Part shown: piece after piece, positions 33,912 through 44,503 of the stretch | Layout: the number at the start of each line of letters is the position of its first letter | Position numbering within the stretch: position 1 is the first letter of the stretch | NCBI GenBank assembly: GCA_014384375.1 | Contig: JACNFY010000019.1 | Span: forward strand, 100,262-164,261 | Length of the DNA: 64,000 bases | Origin: Nanobdellati archaeon | GTDB lineage: Archaea; Nanobdellota; Nanobdellia; Woesearchaeales; GCA-2686295 | Direction: 5' to 3' | Notes under the pieces: generated by a model | What the model saw: the letters and a program-made list of their open reading frames with translations, nothing else | The model's database searches: none | What the model was told of the DNA's origin: nothing | Made by a program: the position numbers and the translations under genes

Positions 33912-35174
33912 ATGGATCAAGAAGAACATTACGAGGTAAAAAATATGTCTCTTGCAGATCAAGGTTTTAAGAACATAGAGTTCGCAGAGCTCAACATGGG
34001 AGCACTTATGGAGATAAAGAAAAGGTTTGAACAGGAAAGGCCATTAGAAGGAATAAGAATAGGAATGGCTCTTCATGTCACAAAGGAAACCGCTAATTTA
34101 ATAAGAACATTAAGAGCAGGAGGTGCAGAAGTTGCAATCACAGGATGCAACCCATTAAGCACACAAGACGATGTTGCTGCAGCACTTGCATGGGAAGGAG
34201 TCAAGGTCTGGGCTTATAAAGGTGAATCAAACGAGGATTATTACCGCTACTTAAATTATGTCATTGATTTCAAGCCTCACATAACAATAGATGATGGCTG
34301 TGACTTGGTAACTGAGATACATCTAAAACACCAGGATTTAATCAAAGATATAATCGCAGGTTGTGAGGAAACAACAACAGGAATAATAAGACTGAAAGCA
34401 ATGGAGAAAGATAAAGCACTCAAATACCCGATGATAGCAGTTAATGATAACAAAACAAAACATCTTTTCGACAACTACTACGGAACAGGACAATCAACAC
34501 TCGATGGCATAATGAGAGCATCAAACATTTTATTCTCAGGTAAAACAGTTGTTGTAGCTGGTTATGGCAGCTGCGGAAAAGGGGTTTCTCTAAGAGCAAA
34601 AGGACTAGGCGCTAATGTGATAGTGACAGAGGTGGATAACCTCCGTGCGTTACAGGCGAAGATGGATGGCTTCAGGGTAATGCCGATGAATGAAGCAGCA
34701 GGAGAGGGGGACATATTCATAACAGTCACAGGAAACAAGCATATTCTAAGAGAGGAGCACTTCAGGGCTATGAAACACGGAGTGATACTGGCAAACTCCG
34801 GACACTTCGACATAGAGATAGATATTAAGAGATTAGAGGAGATATCCTCAAGCAAGAGGAAGATAAGACCTTTTCTCGATGAATATATGGTAGAAGGAAA
34901 GAAAATATTCGTTGCAGGCGAAGGAAGACTGGTGAATCTTGCAGCTGCAGAAGGACATCCATCAGAGGTTATGAGCACTAGCTTCTGCGGACAGGCACTT
35001 GCATGTGAGTACGCTGCTAAGAATAGAGAAAATATGGAAAACAAAGTTATACAACTACCAAAGGAGATAGATGATGAGATCGCAGCTTTGCAACTGAAAG
35101 CCATGAACGTTGAGATAGACAAACTCACAGAAGAACAGAAGAAATATCTGAGCAGCTGGCAGGAAGGGACCTAA
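33912..35174 (+). CDS. ahcY: adenosylhomocysteinase
   Basis: EYEVKNMSLADQG, CNPLSTQDDVAAAL, NAD site VVVAGYGSCGKG, and HFDIEID. ATG at 33912 with GGTGA upstream. Confidence 0.9.
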   Translation: MDQEEHYEVKNMSLADQGFKNIEFAELNMGALMEIKKRFEQERPLEGIRIGMALHVTKETANLIRTLRAGGAEVAITGCNPLSTQDDVAAALAWEGVKVWAYKGESNEDYYRYLNYVIDFKPHITIDDGCDLVTEIHLKHQDLIKDIIAGCEETTTGIIRLKAMEKDKALKYPMIAVNDNKTKHLFDNYYGTGQSTLDGIMRASNILFSGKTVVVAGYGSCGKGVSLRAKGLGANVIVTEVDNLRALQAKMDGFRVMPMNEAAGEGDIFITVTGNKHILREEHFRAMKHGVILANSGHFDIEIDIKRLEEISSSKRKIRPFLDEYMVEGKKIFVAGEGRLVNLAAAEGHPSEVMSTSFCGQALACEYAAKNRENMENKVIQLPKEIDDEIAALQLKAMNVEIDKLTEEQKKYLSSWQEGT

Positions 35175-35214
35175 ATCAAAAACCTTAAAAACTCATTAAT
35201 TTTTTTCTTTTCTT

Positions 35215-35871
35215 ATGTTAGTTGGGGGGATTGATGAAGCTGGCAGAGGACCTGTTATGGGTCCAATGGTAATGGCTATAGCTGTTATCAAGAAAGAGAG
35301 TGAGTTTAAGCTCCAAACATTTGGAATAAAGGATTCCAAGCTTCTAACACCTCGAAGAAGGAAAGAGTTATTCAAGGTAATCAGTGATCTGTGTAAAACA
35401 GCTGTTGTTACTATATCATCAGATGAGATTGATGCAGCTGTTCTTTCATCAACTGATAACTTAAATTGGTTAGAGGCTAGGAAAGCAGCAGAGCTTATCA
35501 ACAAGGTAAAAGCAGATACAGTGATTCTTGACTGTCCTAGCAATAACATCAATGCTTACAGAGAATATATCAAGCAGAGAGTGAAGAACAAGAAAGTAAA
35601 GCTTGTGGTGGAGCACAAAGCAGACCTGAACCATTTAATTGTAGGTGCTGCCAGCATAATAGCAAAAGTCACAAGAGATGAAGAGATAGTTAAGATAAGA
35701 AAGAATATAAGGATAGACTTTGGTTCAGGATATTCTTCTGACCCAAGAACACAGGCATTTGTGAAGAAATACTGGGATAATAATAAATACTCCAAACACA
35801 TGAGGAAGTCGTGGGATACTTGGAAGAAACATCATAAAAAAACAGCCCAGAAGTCACTTGGAGAGTTCTAA
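35215..35871 (+). CDS. rnhB: ribonuclease HII
   Basis: GIDEAGRGPVMGPMV catalytic N-terminus, and DSKLLTP. Confidence 0.85.
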   Translation: MLVGGIDEAGRGPVMGPMVMAIAVIKKESEFKLQTFGIKDSKLLTPRRRKELFKVISDLCKTAVVTISSDEIDAAVLSSTDNLNWLEARKAAELINKVKADTVILDCPSNNINAYREYIKQRVKNKKVKLVVEHKADLNHLIVGAASIIAKVTRDEEIVKIRKNIRIDFGSGYSSDPRTQAFVKKYWDNNKYSKHMRKSWDTWKKHHKKTAQKSLGEF

Positions 35872-37335
35872 TATTCTAACAACTCCGTTATCTCCATCTA
35901 TTTCTACAAGGTCTCCTGTCTTAACGATCTTTGTAATGTAATGTAAACCTATAACACAAGGTATGCCTAGTTCTCTGCTAACTATTGCTGCGTGACCTGT
36001 TATTCCTCCTTCATCTACTGCTAGGCCAACACATTTTCTAAGTGCAGGCATGTATGTTGGGTGTGTTTGTGGCGCCACTATTATGCTGTTCTTTGGCATC
36101 TCATGAACTTTTTTGTTTATGTTATCATTCCAGTAAAACACAAATGCTCTTCCAGTTGCTTTGCCAAGACAGGCAATCTCTCCTTTCACTTCTCTTATAC
36201 TTGAATAATCAATCTCTCCAAGTTCTGCTTTTTTAATCTGAATTGCTTCTTTTCCAAAATATATTTGTATATGGCCATCTTTGATAAGTATTGTCTCTGC
36301 CAACGCCTTGTCTGTCAACTCAGATTTTGAGACAGGCTTTTTCCCTGCTATCAAGTCAGTTAATTCGTTCTCCTCACAGCTTGATAATTCTTCAAAAGTC
36401 AGACCCAAGCTAGGAGCGAATCTTCTGCAGATAAGCACTAAGTAGTAACCAAGCCATCTTCCATAATAAGAAGTTAAGAACCTATAATAGCCAATCTCTG
36501 CAACCATTGACCCGAGTTCTTTTGCTTTATCAGAGAGTTTGTATTTCTTGATGATGTTATTTTTAACCTCAAGAGACTTTTCATATTGATTATGCAACTC
36601 TTTTCTCTTCTTTTCAAAGTCTTCGTCACTCTTCAAACTATTTTTTAGTAATTTCTTGAAATGCTCAAGATCCCAAGGTTCTGTTCTGTCACTTGCAGGT
36701 ATTAAGAAGTATTTTTCATAGTGTTTTAATACTAGTTTTTTTACTTCCTCATTGTTTTTTGCTTTTATCACAATATCTAACCACTCTAATTCTTCATTGC
36801 TGAAAAAGGATTTTTTCTCAGGCAATGTTAATTTTATGAATAAATCCTTAACTAGTTCTTTGTCATCAATTTTTTCACTGATTGTTCTTTTTAGTTCGTC
36901 TGCCAATCCTTCTGTGCATTGCGGTTGGCATGATAACACATACACAAACAATTCACGTCTTATCTTTGTAATGTTTGGGATAAGTTTGATTACCTCTTTT
37001 TTTGCTACACTATCAATCTTTCTTTCTAATTCGTATTTTTGCATTAGTTCTCTGGTTTGTTCATGCAGCTCATTTTGTTTAGTCACCCATTTACTAAATT
37101 TCTCTTTGTTTGTAAAAAACTCAAACCCATATTTTTTTGCTATTTTCATATCTTCTTCAGTATAATAGCCTCCATGAAGATTCTCGCTAGTATCACTATA
37201 CCAAAGATAATTTTTGTCCTGAAATCCTTCTAATTTTCCCAATCTTCTTGAGAAATAGGGATCTAGAAAGATATGTCTGGCTAATAAATGACTTAGTCTT
37301 GGTCCTTCATACATTAAGTTCCATTTAGGTTTCAT
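35854..37335 (-). CDS. PEP-utilising-enzyme mobile (phosphohistidine swivel) domain protein with uncharacterised N-terminal region
   Basis: C-terminal GGITGHAAIVSRELGIPCVIG. No PPDK_N ATP-grasp motifs recognised in the first ~380 aa. Confidence 0.6.
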   Translation of the reverse strand: MKPKWNLMYEGPRLSHLLARHIFLDPYFSRRLGKLEGFQDKNYLWYSDTSENLHGGYYTEEDMKIAKKYGFEFFTNKEKFSKWVTKQNELHEQTRELMQKYELERKIDSVAKKEVIKLIPNITKIRRELFVYVLSCQPQCTEGLADELKRTISEKIDDKELVKDLFIKLTLPEKKSFFSNEELEWLDIVIKAKNNEEVKKLVLKHYEKYFLIPASDRTEPWDLEHFKKLLKNSLKSDEDFEKKRKELHNQYEKSLEVKNNIIKKYKLSDKAKELGSMVAEIGYYRFLTSYYGRWLGYYLVLICRRFAPSLGLTFEELSSCEENELTDLIAGKKPVSKSELTDKALAETILIKDGHIQIYFGKEAIQIKKAELGEIDYSSIREVKGEIACLGKATGRAFVFYWNDNINKKVHEMPKNSIIVAPQTHPTYMPALRKCVGLAVDEGGITGHAAIVSRELGIPCVIGLHYITKIVKTGDLVEIDGDNGVVRILELSK

Positions 37336-37385
37336 TAGTCCTGATAATTTTCTATTATTTAAAAGTATTATTCATTTCTTTGAAA

Positions 37386-38975
37386 ATGTATCCTATAAAA
37401 TTATTTTTGCATTACCATAATTTATTTAAAGAGAAAATTTTGTTCAATACTAACGGTATGCATGATATAGTATTTGTGGGAAGTGGGCCATCGGTGTTGG
37501 CAGGTGCCGTTGAAGTTCTCAAGAGAAATCCAAAAACTAAATTGTTGATTCTAGAACAAGGAGCTAGTCTTGCAGAAAGAGTCAAGAAAAAAATTGAATT
37601 GCAAAAAGCTGGTAAAATAAATGAGTTTGATGTTATGATTGGCGCAGGCGGTGCAGGAACCTTTTCAGATGGGAAATTTCATTTCACACAGGCGTTGTCA
37701 CATTATTATACAAAAAGCTTGTTACCTGAAGAAGAAAAAAAGTATTATGATTTATACTTGAACCTTGCGGAAAAATACTGCTTAGAAATTGGTAACTTGA
37801 ATGTGGATTATACTCCGAAAGACCCTAAAAGTTTAATCCCTATTATTGGTTTATTCAAAAAACACGAAGTGAATCTCTTTCTTAGAAGAGCGAGACATGT
37901 TGGGACTGAAGAGCTTCCGAAGTTTGTCAATGGATTTATTAATGAGATTACAGCTAGAAACGGAATTTTCAGATTCAATAGCGAAGTTGTTGATTTAATA
38001 GTTGAAGCAGGAATCTGCAAAGGAGTAGTATTAAAGTCAGGAGAAAGTATTTCTGCTAAAAAAGTTGTCTTAGGTGTTGGAAGGAGTGGAGCCACACGAT
38101 TAATTCCAAAGCTAATTGAGAAATACAATATTCCAAACACTCCAAGAGACCTTTTGCTTGGCGGAAGAGTTGCGTTTCCAAAAGAAATCGGTATGGATTA
38201 TGCTGATTTGATGTATGAGTTCATTTTTAGCGTGAAAACAAGCTCTGGTCATTATCTGAGAAGCTTCTGCCCATGTATGAAAGGTGGTAGTATCGCCGTT
38301 GAAAATTATTACGACGAAAAATTAGGACGATACTCATGCGTTAATGGAGCGAGTTCCAAGAATTACAAAACAAAAGTCGGAAATTTCGCTTTCCTGAGGA
38401 TAACCCCTCCAAAGGATATAGAAGACGACGTTTTTGAATATTCCAAGAACCTAGCAGCAAACACTTTCAGGCTTGGAAACAATAAGCCTATAGTGCAAAA
38501 AATATCTGACCTTGTAAATGGTGAAAAAACAACGACACTTGAAGGCTTACCGCAAGAAATCATAGACAATTTAAACTTTGATTATTCACTAGGAAGCGTA
38601 GAAGAAGCTTATGGAAAAGAAGTCATAGAGGATTTTAAAGAAGGATTCTTGAAATTAAACCATAAATCAATTATGAAGGGTATTGTTGAGAAAGGAATAA
38701 TCGTTTGGCCTGAGATTAAATTTGGAAGGAACCTTATTATTGAAACAGACAAAACAGAGATTCTAAATATCAAAAACTTATATGCAATAGGAGATGGCGC
38801 TGGTAACTCTGGAAACATTGTTGGTGCTATGATTGCAGGCTTAATCTGCGCACATAAAATCACAAGTACCAACATTAAAGATTTATATAGAAAAAAGATA
38901 GAGAAAGTTTTGGTAATTAAAAATTATGAACTAGATATTGATAATCTAGATGAAAGTTTTGAAATTTTAAATTAA
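37386..38975 (+). CDS. FAD-dependent dehydrogenase (COG2509-like)
   Basis: DIVFVGSGPSVLAGA dinucleotide fold, GAGGAGTFSDGKF, and C-terminal YAIGDGAGNSG. Start uncertain (37386 or 37458). Confidence 0.65.
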   Translation: MYPIKLFLHYHNLFKEKILFNTNGMHDIVFVGSGPSVLAGAVEVLKRNPKTKLLILEQGASLAERVKKKIELQKAGKINEFDVMIGAGGAGTFSDGKFHFTQALSHYYTKSLLPEEEKKYYDLYLNLAEKYCLEIGNLNVDYTPKDPKSLIPIIGLFKKHEVNLFLRRARHVGTEELPKFVNGFINEITARNGIFRFNSEVVDLIVEAGICKGVVLKSGESISAKKVVLGVGRSGATRLIPKLIEKYNIPNTPRDLLLGGRVAFPKEIGMDYADLMYEFIFSVKTSSGHYLRSFCPCMKGGSIAVENYYDEKLGRYSCVNGASSKNYKTKVGNFAFLRITPPKDIEDDVFEYSKNLAANTFRLGNNKPIVQKISDLVNGEKTTTLEGLPQEIIDNLNFDYSLGSVEEAYGKEVIEDFKEGFLKLNHKSIMKGIVEKGIIVWPEIKFGRNLIIETDKTEILNIKNLYAIGDGAGNSGNIVGAMIAGLICAHKITSTNIKDLYRKKIEKVLVIKNYELDIDNLDESFEILN

Positions 38976-39056
38976 AATAATTCTAACTTCAATATTTTAG
39001 TAAGCTTTATATAATAAATATGCATTAGAATTCTATGATAGAAAAAAGAGGCAACA

Positions 39057-42000
39057 ATGACTAAGATAGTGAAGCTGGAGATGAAGGGCTTCAAGTCCTT
39101 CGCATTGAAGACAGAGATGCCTTTTGGAAACCATTTCAACGTAATTCTTGGACCAAATGGCTCTGGAAAGAGCAATGTACTTGATGCCCTATGCTTTGTT
39201 CTTGGAAAATCATCAGCAAAAAGCTTGCGAGCAGAGAAATCTGCTAATTTAATATACAACGGTGGTAAAAAAAAGAAACCAGCGAAACATGGAGAGGTTT
39301 CTATATACTTTGACAACAGCAAAAAGATTTTTCCAGTTGAGACGCTTCAAGTCAAGATTACAAGGATAATAAAGCATACAGGACAATCAACATACAAGAT
39401 AAACGACGAAAAAAGAACAAGACAGCAGATTCTAGACTTTTTAAGCATAGCAAGGATAAACCCTGACGGCTATAACATAATACTGCAAGGTGATATAGTA
39501 CACTTAGTAGAGATGTCCCTTATTGAGAGAAGACAAATAATAGAGGAAATTGCAGGAATCTCTGTTTATGAGGATAAGAAAGAGAAGGCACTCAGAGAAC
39601 TTTCAAGGGTTGAGGAAAAACTGAACGAAGCAGACATCATACTCATAGAAAGAAAAGGGTTCTTAAGAGAGCTCAAAAAAGAGAGGAACCAAGCTTTGAA
39701 ATTCAAAGAGCTTGACATCAATATAAAGAGAAACAGAGCAACCATGCTAAGCAAGCAGATAAAGGAGAAGAATGATAAGAAGAAAGAATTAGAGAAAGAA
39801 GTAAATAAAAACAATCAGGAGATAGAATCCTTGCAGAAAAAAGTCGATGCTCTAAAGGATAAAATAGCTGAGAAGAAAGAAGAAATCGACGCTATAAACA
39901 GAGAGGTTGAGGAGAAAGGTGAGAAAGAGCAGGTAGAACTGCACCGTGAGATAGAGAAGATAAAAGTTGATTTCGCACTTAACAAGCAGAGAATCGAAAC
40001 CCTTAAGCAGGAGATATCAAAGATTGACGATAGAAAGGAAGAGCTTGAGAAAAACAAGGATGGAATAGATGGAAAGATAAATATACTTAACAAGAGCAAG
40101 GAAGACGCAGAGAAAGCAATTGCACAGAAAGAAAGTGAACTTAGGAAGATAAATGCTAAGCTTGAAGAGTTCAAAAATAAGAACAAGCTTGGAGACGCTC
40201 AAGAGCTTGATAAAACGATTGAGGATATAGATTCAAGAGCAGAAGAGATACAGGATGAAATCAACAAATTAAGAGAGGAGCAGCAAACTCTTTTCAGAGA
40301 CAAGGACAAGTATGAGATCATGCTTCAAAGCCTTGGAGACAAGATAGAGAAGGTCCTTATTATAGAGAAGGAGAACAAAGAGGCAGTAGACAATCTAAAG
40401 GAAAACAAGCAGAAATTCAAAGAAGCAACAAGCGAGCTCAACACAAGACTTGCAGACGAATCATCAATAGCACCACAGTTGGATAATGCACGATCAAAAC
40501 TACTATCAAGAAAAGAGGAGTTATCAAGGCTAAACATAAGGACTGCTGGATTGAGAGAGCAGCTGGCAGGTAACAGAGGAATAAAGGCTGTATTGGACAA
40601 GAACTTTCCAGGAGTTCACGGCTTGGTAAGCCAGCTTGGAAATGTAAGCACAAAACATTCTCTTGCATTGGGAATAGCAGCAGGCAACAGAATAAAGAGT
40701 ATAGTAGTAGATAATGATGAAACAGCTTCTAAATGCATAAAATATTTGAAGGAAAATAAGCTTGGAACAGCTACATTCTTACCATTGAACAAGCTGAAGT
40801 CACCATTGATAAAAACTGAGTTCAGATCAATGAAAAGCAGTGGCATAATAGGGATGGCTATAGATCTTGTGAAGTATGAGCCAAAATATGAGAAGGTCTT
40901 CCAATACGTGTTTGGCAACACACTAGTTGTTGAAAACATCGATGTTGCTAGGAGAATAGGTATAGGAAGAGTTCGAATGGTAACAGTAAGTGGTGATTTG
41001 ATAGAAACCAGCGGAGCAATGCAAGGAGGCTACAGGGAGAGGACCCCTGAGATGAGCTTTAGGGAGGAAGAGGTCGCTGAGCAGATAAACGAACTTGAGT
41101 CAGAAGTTAAAGATCTTGAAAGCGTGATTTCAAAACTGGAAGCTAAGAAAAAAGAGAATGACTCAAAGATATCAGAGCTTAGAAGCTTGAAAGCAGAGCT
41201 AGAAGCAGAGATACTCAAAACAGAGAGGTCACTGCACTTAGAGTCAGAAGACCTTGACGCCACAAAGGATGAAAAAAAGAAATTCAGGTCAGAAATAGAA
41301 TCCTTGGAAGACAGGACAGAGGAGATAACATCCTTGATATCTGAGAGGAACAAAGAGTTAGCTGGTTTGAAGTCAGAAAAGCAGATGTTAAGAGAGAAGA
41401 TGACTGAGATGAGAAGTCCTGCATTGTTAGCGGAGATAAACACTTTCGAACAGAAAAAGCAGGAATTAAGAGATGAGATATCAGAGCTAAAAGGAGAGAG
41501 AAAGAGCAATGAGTCAGAAGCCAATAATATACTATTACCAGAACATGAGAACATCGACAAGATTTTAAAGCAACAGGTAAAGGAGAAAGAAGAATTCGAG
41601 AAAGAGAAAAAAGAATTGGAAGCGGTTGTGAAGCAGCAGACTAAAGAGCTTGCTGACAAGGAGAAGAAGGAGAAAAAGTTCTACTCACAATATAGAGACC
41701 TGTACAACAAAAGAGCAAAGCTTGGAAATGAAGTTTCAAAAGCAGAGAACACTCTCTCAAACAGGCAGGATGACATAAGAAGGGTTGAGCAAAGAAACAA
41801 CAACTTGTCGCTTGAAAAGGCCAAAATAGTTGGAGAGTTGGAAGGATTAGAGGAAGAGTTTAAACAGTTCGAAGGCATACCTGTTTTTAAGAACAAATCT
41901 GATGAAGAGATAATGAGAGAGATCCACCAGTTCGAGAAGATGGTGGAAGACATCGGAGCGGTCAATATGAAAGCTCTGGAAATCTATGATAAAGCAGAGA

Positions 42001-42542
42001 TAGAGTATGAAAATCTGCTACAAAAGAAAGAGAAACTTGGCAGTGAGAGAGAGGATATTCTTGTCATGATAAATGAGATTGACAGCAAGAAGAAAGAGTT
42101 GTTTATGAAAACATTCGAGGTTCTGAACAACAACTTCCAGAAGATATTTGGAACATTATCAACTAAGGGAGATGCCTTCATGGAAATAGAAGATGAGAAA
42201 GACCCCTTTGTAGGAGGAGTTGAGTTGAAAGTAAGGATTACAGGTAGGAAATTCATGGACATAAGAAGCTTGAGTGGAGGAGAGAAGACACTTACAGCGC
42301 TCTCTTTCATATTCGCGGTGCAGGAACACGAGCCAGCATCATTCTATATACTTGATGAAGTAGATGCATCTCTTGACAAGAAAAACTCTGAGAAACTAGC
42401 AGGGTTGATAATTGACTATTCAAAGAAGGCACAGTACGTCATCATAAGTCACAATGATGGTGTCATAACAGCTGCAGAGAATTTGTATGGAATTAGCATG
42501 AACCAGCATGGAATAAGCAAAGTTACTAGTTTGAAAATATGA
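39057..42542 (+). CDS. smc: chromosome segregation protein SMC
   Basis: Walker A GPNGSGKSN, long coiled coils, hinge (GVHGLVSQLG...), signature LSGGEKTLTAL, and Walker B FYILDEVDASLD. Confidence 0.9.
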   Translation: MTKIVKLEMKGFKSFALKTEMPFGNHFNVILGPNGSGKSNVLDALCFVLGKSSAKSLRAEKSANLIYNGGKKKKPAKHGEVSIYFDNSKKIFPVETLQVKITRIIKHTGQSTYKINDEKRTRQQILDFLSIARINPDGYNIILQGDIVHLVEMSLIERRQIIEEIAGISVYEDKKEKALRELSRVEEKLNEADIILIERKGFLRELKKERNQALKFKELDINIKRNRATMLSKQIKEKNDKKKELEKEVNKNNQEIESLQKKVDALKDKIAEKKEEIDAINREVEEKGEKEQVELHREIEKIKVDFALNKQRIETLKQEISKIDDRKEELEKNKDGIDGKINILNKSKEDAEKAIAQKESELRKINAKLEEFKNKNKLGDAQELDKTIEDIDSRAEEIQDEINKLREEQQTLFRDKDKYEIMLQSLGDKIEKVLIIEKENKEAVDNLKENKQKFKEATSELNTRLADESSIAPQLDNARSKLLSRKEELSRLNIRTAGLREQLAGNRGIKAVLDKNFPGVHGLVSQLGNVSTKHSLALGIAAGNRIKSIVVDNDETASKCIKYLKENKLGTATFLPLNKLKSPLIKTEFRSMKSSGIIGMAIDLVKYEPKYEKVFQYVFGNTLVVENIDVARRIGIGRVRMVTVSGDLIETSGAMQGGYRERTPEMSFREEEVAEQINELESEVKDLESVISKLEAKKKENDSKISELRSLKAELEAEILKTERSLHLESEDLDATKDEKKKFRSEIESLEDRTEEITSLISERNKELAGLKSEKQMLREKMTEMRSPALLAEINTFEQKKQELRDEISELKGERKSNESEANNILLPEHENIDKILKQQVKEKEEFEKEKKELEAVVKQQTKELADKEKKEKKFYSQYRDLYNKRAKLGNEVSKAENTLSNRQDDIRRVEQRNNNLSLEKAKIVGELEGLEEEFKQFEGIPVFKNKSDEEIMREIHQFEKMVEDIGAVNMKALEIYDKAEIEYENLLQKKEKLGSEREDILVMINEIDSKKKELFMKTFEVLNNNFQKIFGTLSTKGDAFMEIEDEKDPFVGGVELKVRITGRKFMDIRSLSGGEKTLTALSFIFAVQEHEPASFYILDEVDASLDKKNSEKLAGLIIDYSKKAQYVIISHNDGVITAAENLYGISMNQHGISKVTSLKI

Positions 42543-43673
42543 TTACTTTTTCTCTTCAATTACGCTGTTGATTGCTTCTGCTATTCTCTCAGCGGTTTCT
42601 GGCCATTGGAAGTCTTCAAGAATTTTTTTCCTGGCGTTTCTTCCAAGTTTTTCCCTTAGTCTAGAGTCTCTCATCAATAACTCTATCTTTTTGGACAGGT
42701 CGTATGGGTGTTGTTTCTCGAAGAATATTCCGTTACTAAAGTCTTCTATGTAGTCCTTGACAAATCCTACTTCAGTTGCTATAACTGCTACTTCGCATGA
42801 CATCGCTTCCAGTGTTGATAATGAGCTTGTCTCTGTTAGCGATGAGAGTACATAGACATCCATTGCTTGTATCCAAGGAATAATATTATCCTGTGGTCCT
42901 GGGAATATTACGTACTCTTTGTCTTTGAACAAGTTTTCAACATCCTTTGCTCCTGAGCCTACTATCAGCAATCTGACGTTTTTGTTATTCTTCCTTATCC
43001 TGAGAAAAGCTCTTAGTAATGTTTTCAAATCTTTCTCCCTTCCTAGTCTGCCGTGATAACCTATTATGAAATTTCTTGGTTTGAAAGCGAGTTCTCTCTT
43101 GGCTTTTTCTTTGTCTCCTTTTACGAAGTTGTCAGCGTTGACTCCTAGGTGAACCACTTTTTTCTTGCTCACTATCTTCTGCCATCCAAGCATGTCTGAT
43201 ATGTTACTGGAGGGGACTATTAATAGGTTGCATTTGTTGTACAGGAATCTGACAATTTTCTTTGTGATTGGGTAAAGAAACTTTTTAGCTAGTGGCATGG
43301 AAACAGCTTTTGGAAACAGTTCCCATTCTATGTTGTGTATGAATGCTATCAACGGCTTTGAGTGTCTTTTGGCTGCGATGATTGCACACATACCTATCGG
43401 TCCTATTGTCTGTGTGAAAACAACATCTGCTTCCTTTATGATTTTTTTTATTTTTAGGTATCTGATCTTTGCGGGCTGGAAGTCTCCTAGAACGATTTTT
43501 CTTACTGGTATCTTAACTACTTTGAAATTCTTGTTCTTTGTTTTCCCAAAGTCAGGTGCTATTACTGTTATATCATATTCCTTTGTCAGCCTTGGAATTA
43601 TCTCTGATAAGAACCTTGATATCCCATCCCATCGTGGCAAGTAGTTATCTGTTGCAATAACAAGGTTTTTCAT
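42543..43673 (-). CDS. GT-B fold glycosyltransferase, family 4
   Basis: C-terminal domain with GRLGREKD...LSSLTETSSLSTLEAMSCEVAVIAT (E-x7-E region). Confidence 0.8.
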   Translation of the reverse strand: MKNLVIATDNYLPRWDGISRFLSEIIPRLTKEYDITVIAPDFGKTKNKNFKVVKIPVRKIVLGDFQPAKIRYLKIKKIIKEADVVFTQTIGPIGMCAIIAAKRHSKPLIAFIHNIEWELFPKAVSMPLAKKFLYPITKKIVRFLYNKCNLLIVPSSNISDMLGWQKIVSKKKVVHLGVNADNFVKGDKEKAKRELAFKPRNFIIGYHGRLGREKDLKTLLRAFLRIRKNNKNVRLLIVGSGAKDVENLFKDKEYVIFPGPQDNIIPWIQAMDVYVLSSLTETSSLSTLEAMSCEVAVIATEVGFVKDYIEDFSNGIFFEKQHPYDLSKKIELLMRDSRLREKLGRNARKKILEDFQWPETAERIAEAINSVIEEKK

Positions 43674-43725
43674 AATTTTCCCTCCAGAAAATTATGCAAC
43701 CCAAAAATCTTTGATTTTTGTTGTT

Positions 43726-44382
43726 TCATCTTAATCTGTAAAACACCTCTGCATATTTTGTGTTGTACTTCCTTCCGTTCATGACATTCTTGACATACAT
43801 AGTTGCTAGTGCGAAAAAGTTGAGAAATCCTAGGATGTTGAACTGGCTCTTGAAGCATTTAAGGGCTTTGATCTTTGTGTCGAATGTTTCTGATGTGTCA
43901 ACCACTAGTTTTGGATGTTTCTTCCTGTCCCATCTGAAGGGATTCCATATATCGAATGAGTAGACTTCTATTTTTCTCCGCTCATTTTCAATGATGTCGA
44001 GAACCATTCTGTTTGTTTTTTTGTGTGCTGGATGTGGGTCCTCTGGGGCATGGACGAATATCTTGACAGGCTTTAGGCGTCTTATGAGGGTTTCAAGCTT
44101 TTTCTGAGCCTTATAGATTTTTACTTCTTTGTTGAAATCCTTCTCAAACAATCCTAAGAATTTGACTGCTTTGCCGCCTATTACTTTATTTGCGCGTATC
44201 GATTCTCTTTTTCTTGTGTCTATGATTATCTCTTCCTTGAAATGTGGGTGTGAAATTTCTCCTTTAGAAACAATAACTGTAGTTACATCGAATCCTTCTT
44301 TGACGTACTTTGCAGCTGTTCCCCCAACGCCTATTATTTGGTCGTCTGAATGAGCTGCCACAATCAATATGTTTTCAGCCAT
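43726..44382 (-). CDS. PIG-L/LmbE-family N-acetylglucosaminyl deacetylase
   Basis: ILIVAAHSDDQIIGVGGT and PEDPHPAHKK (HxDH-like) zinc-site motifs. Confidence 0.8.
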   Translation of the reverse strand: MAENILIVAAHSDDQIIGVGGTAAKYVKEGFDVTTVIVSKGEISHPHFKEEIIIDTRKRESIRANKVIGGKAVKFLGLFEKDFNKEVKIYKAQKKLETLIRRLKPVKIFVHAPEDPHPAHKKTNRMVLDIIENERRKIEVYSFDIWNPFRWDRKKHPKLVVDTSETFDTKIKALKCFKSQFNILGFLNFFALATMYVKNVMNGRKYNTKYAEVFYRLR

Positions 44383-44473
44383 GGTGCAATTATAAATATT
44401 GAGATTTATTAAAGTTTGTGTTTGATAAAGAAAAAGATTGGATAATTACTGTTAAGTAGTAAAAATAGAAAGA

Positions 44474-44481
44474 TTTATAAA
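44474..44481 (+). promoter_or_regulatory. TATA box (TTTATAAA) for the methyltransferase gene
   Basis: Centre is about 26 nt upstream of the ATG at 44504. Confidence 0.5.
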
Positions 44482-44503
44482 TGAGTTTAGTTCAAACTTT
44501 GAC

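Noticed and set aside
39566-42310. A series of long minus-strand ORFs (82-209 aa, Ser/Phe/Leu-rich) inside the SMC gene
   Set aside because: They are antisense to a confidently identified SMC coding frame. They reflect the reverse complement of Lys/Glu-rich coiled-coil codons and have low-complexity composition with no motifs.
42540-42545. Zero-nucleotide spacing between the convergent smc and GT4 stop codons
   Set aside because: It is consistent with the generally compact genome, and no structure or repeat is associated with it.
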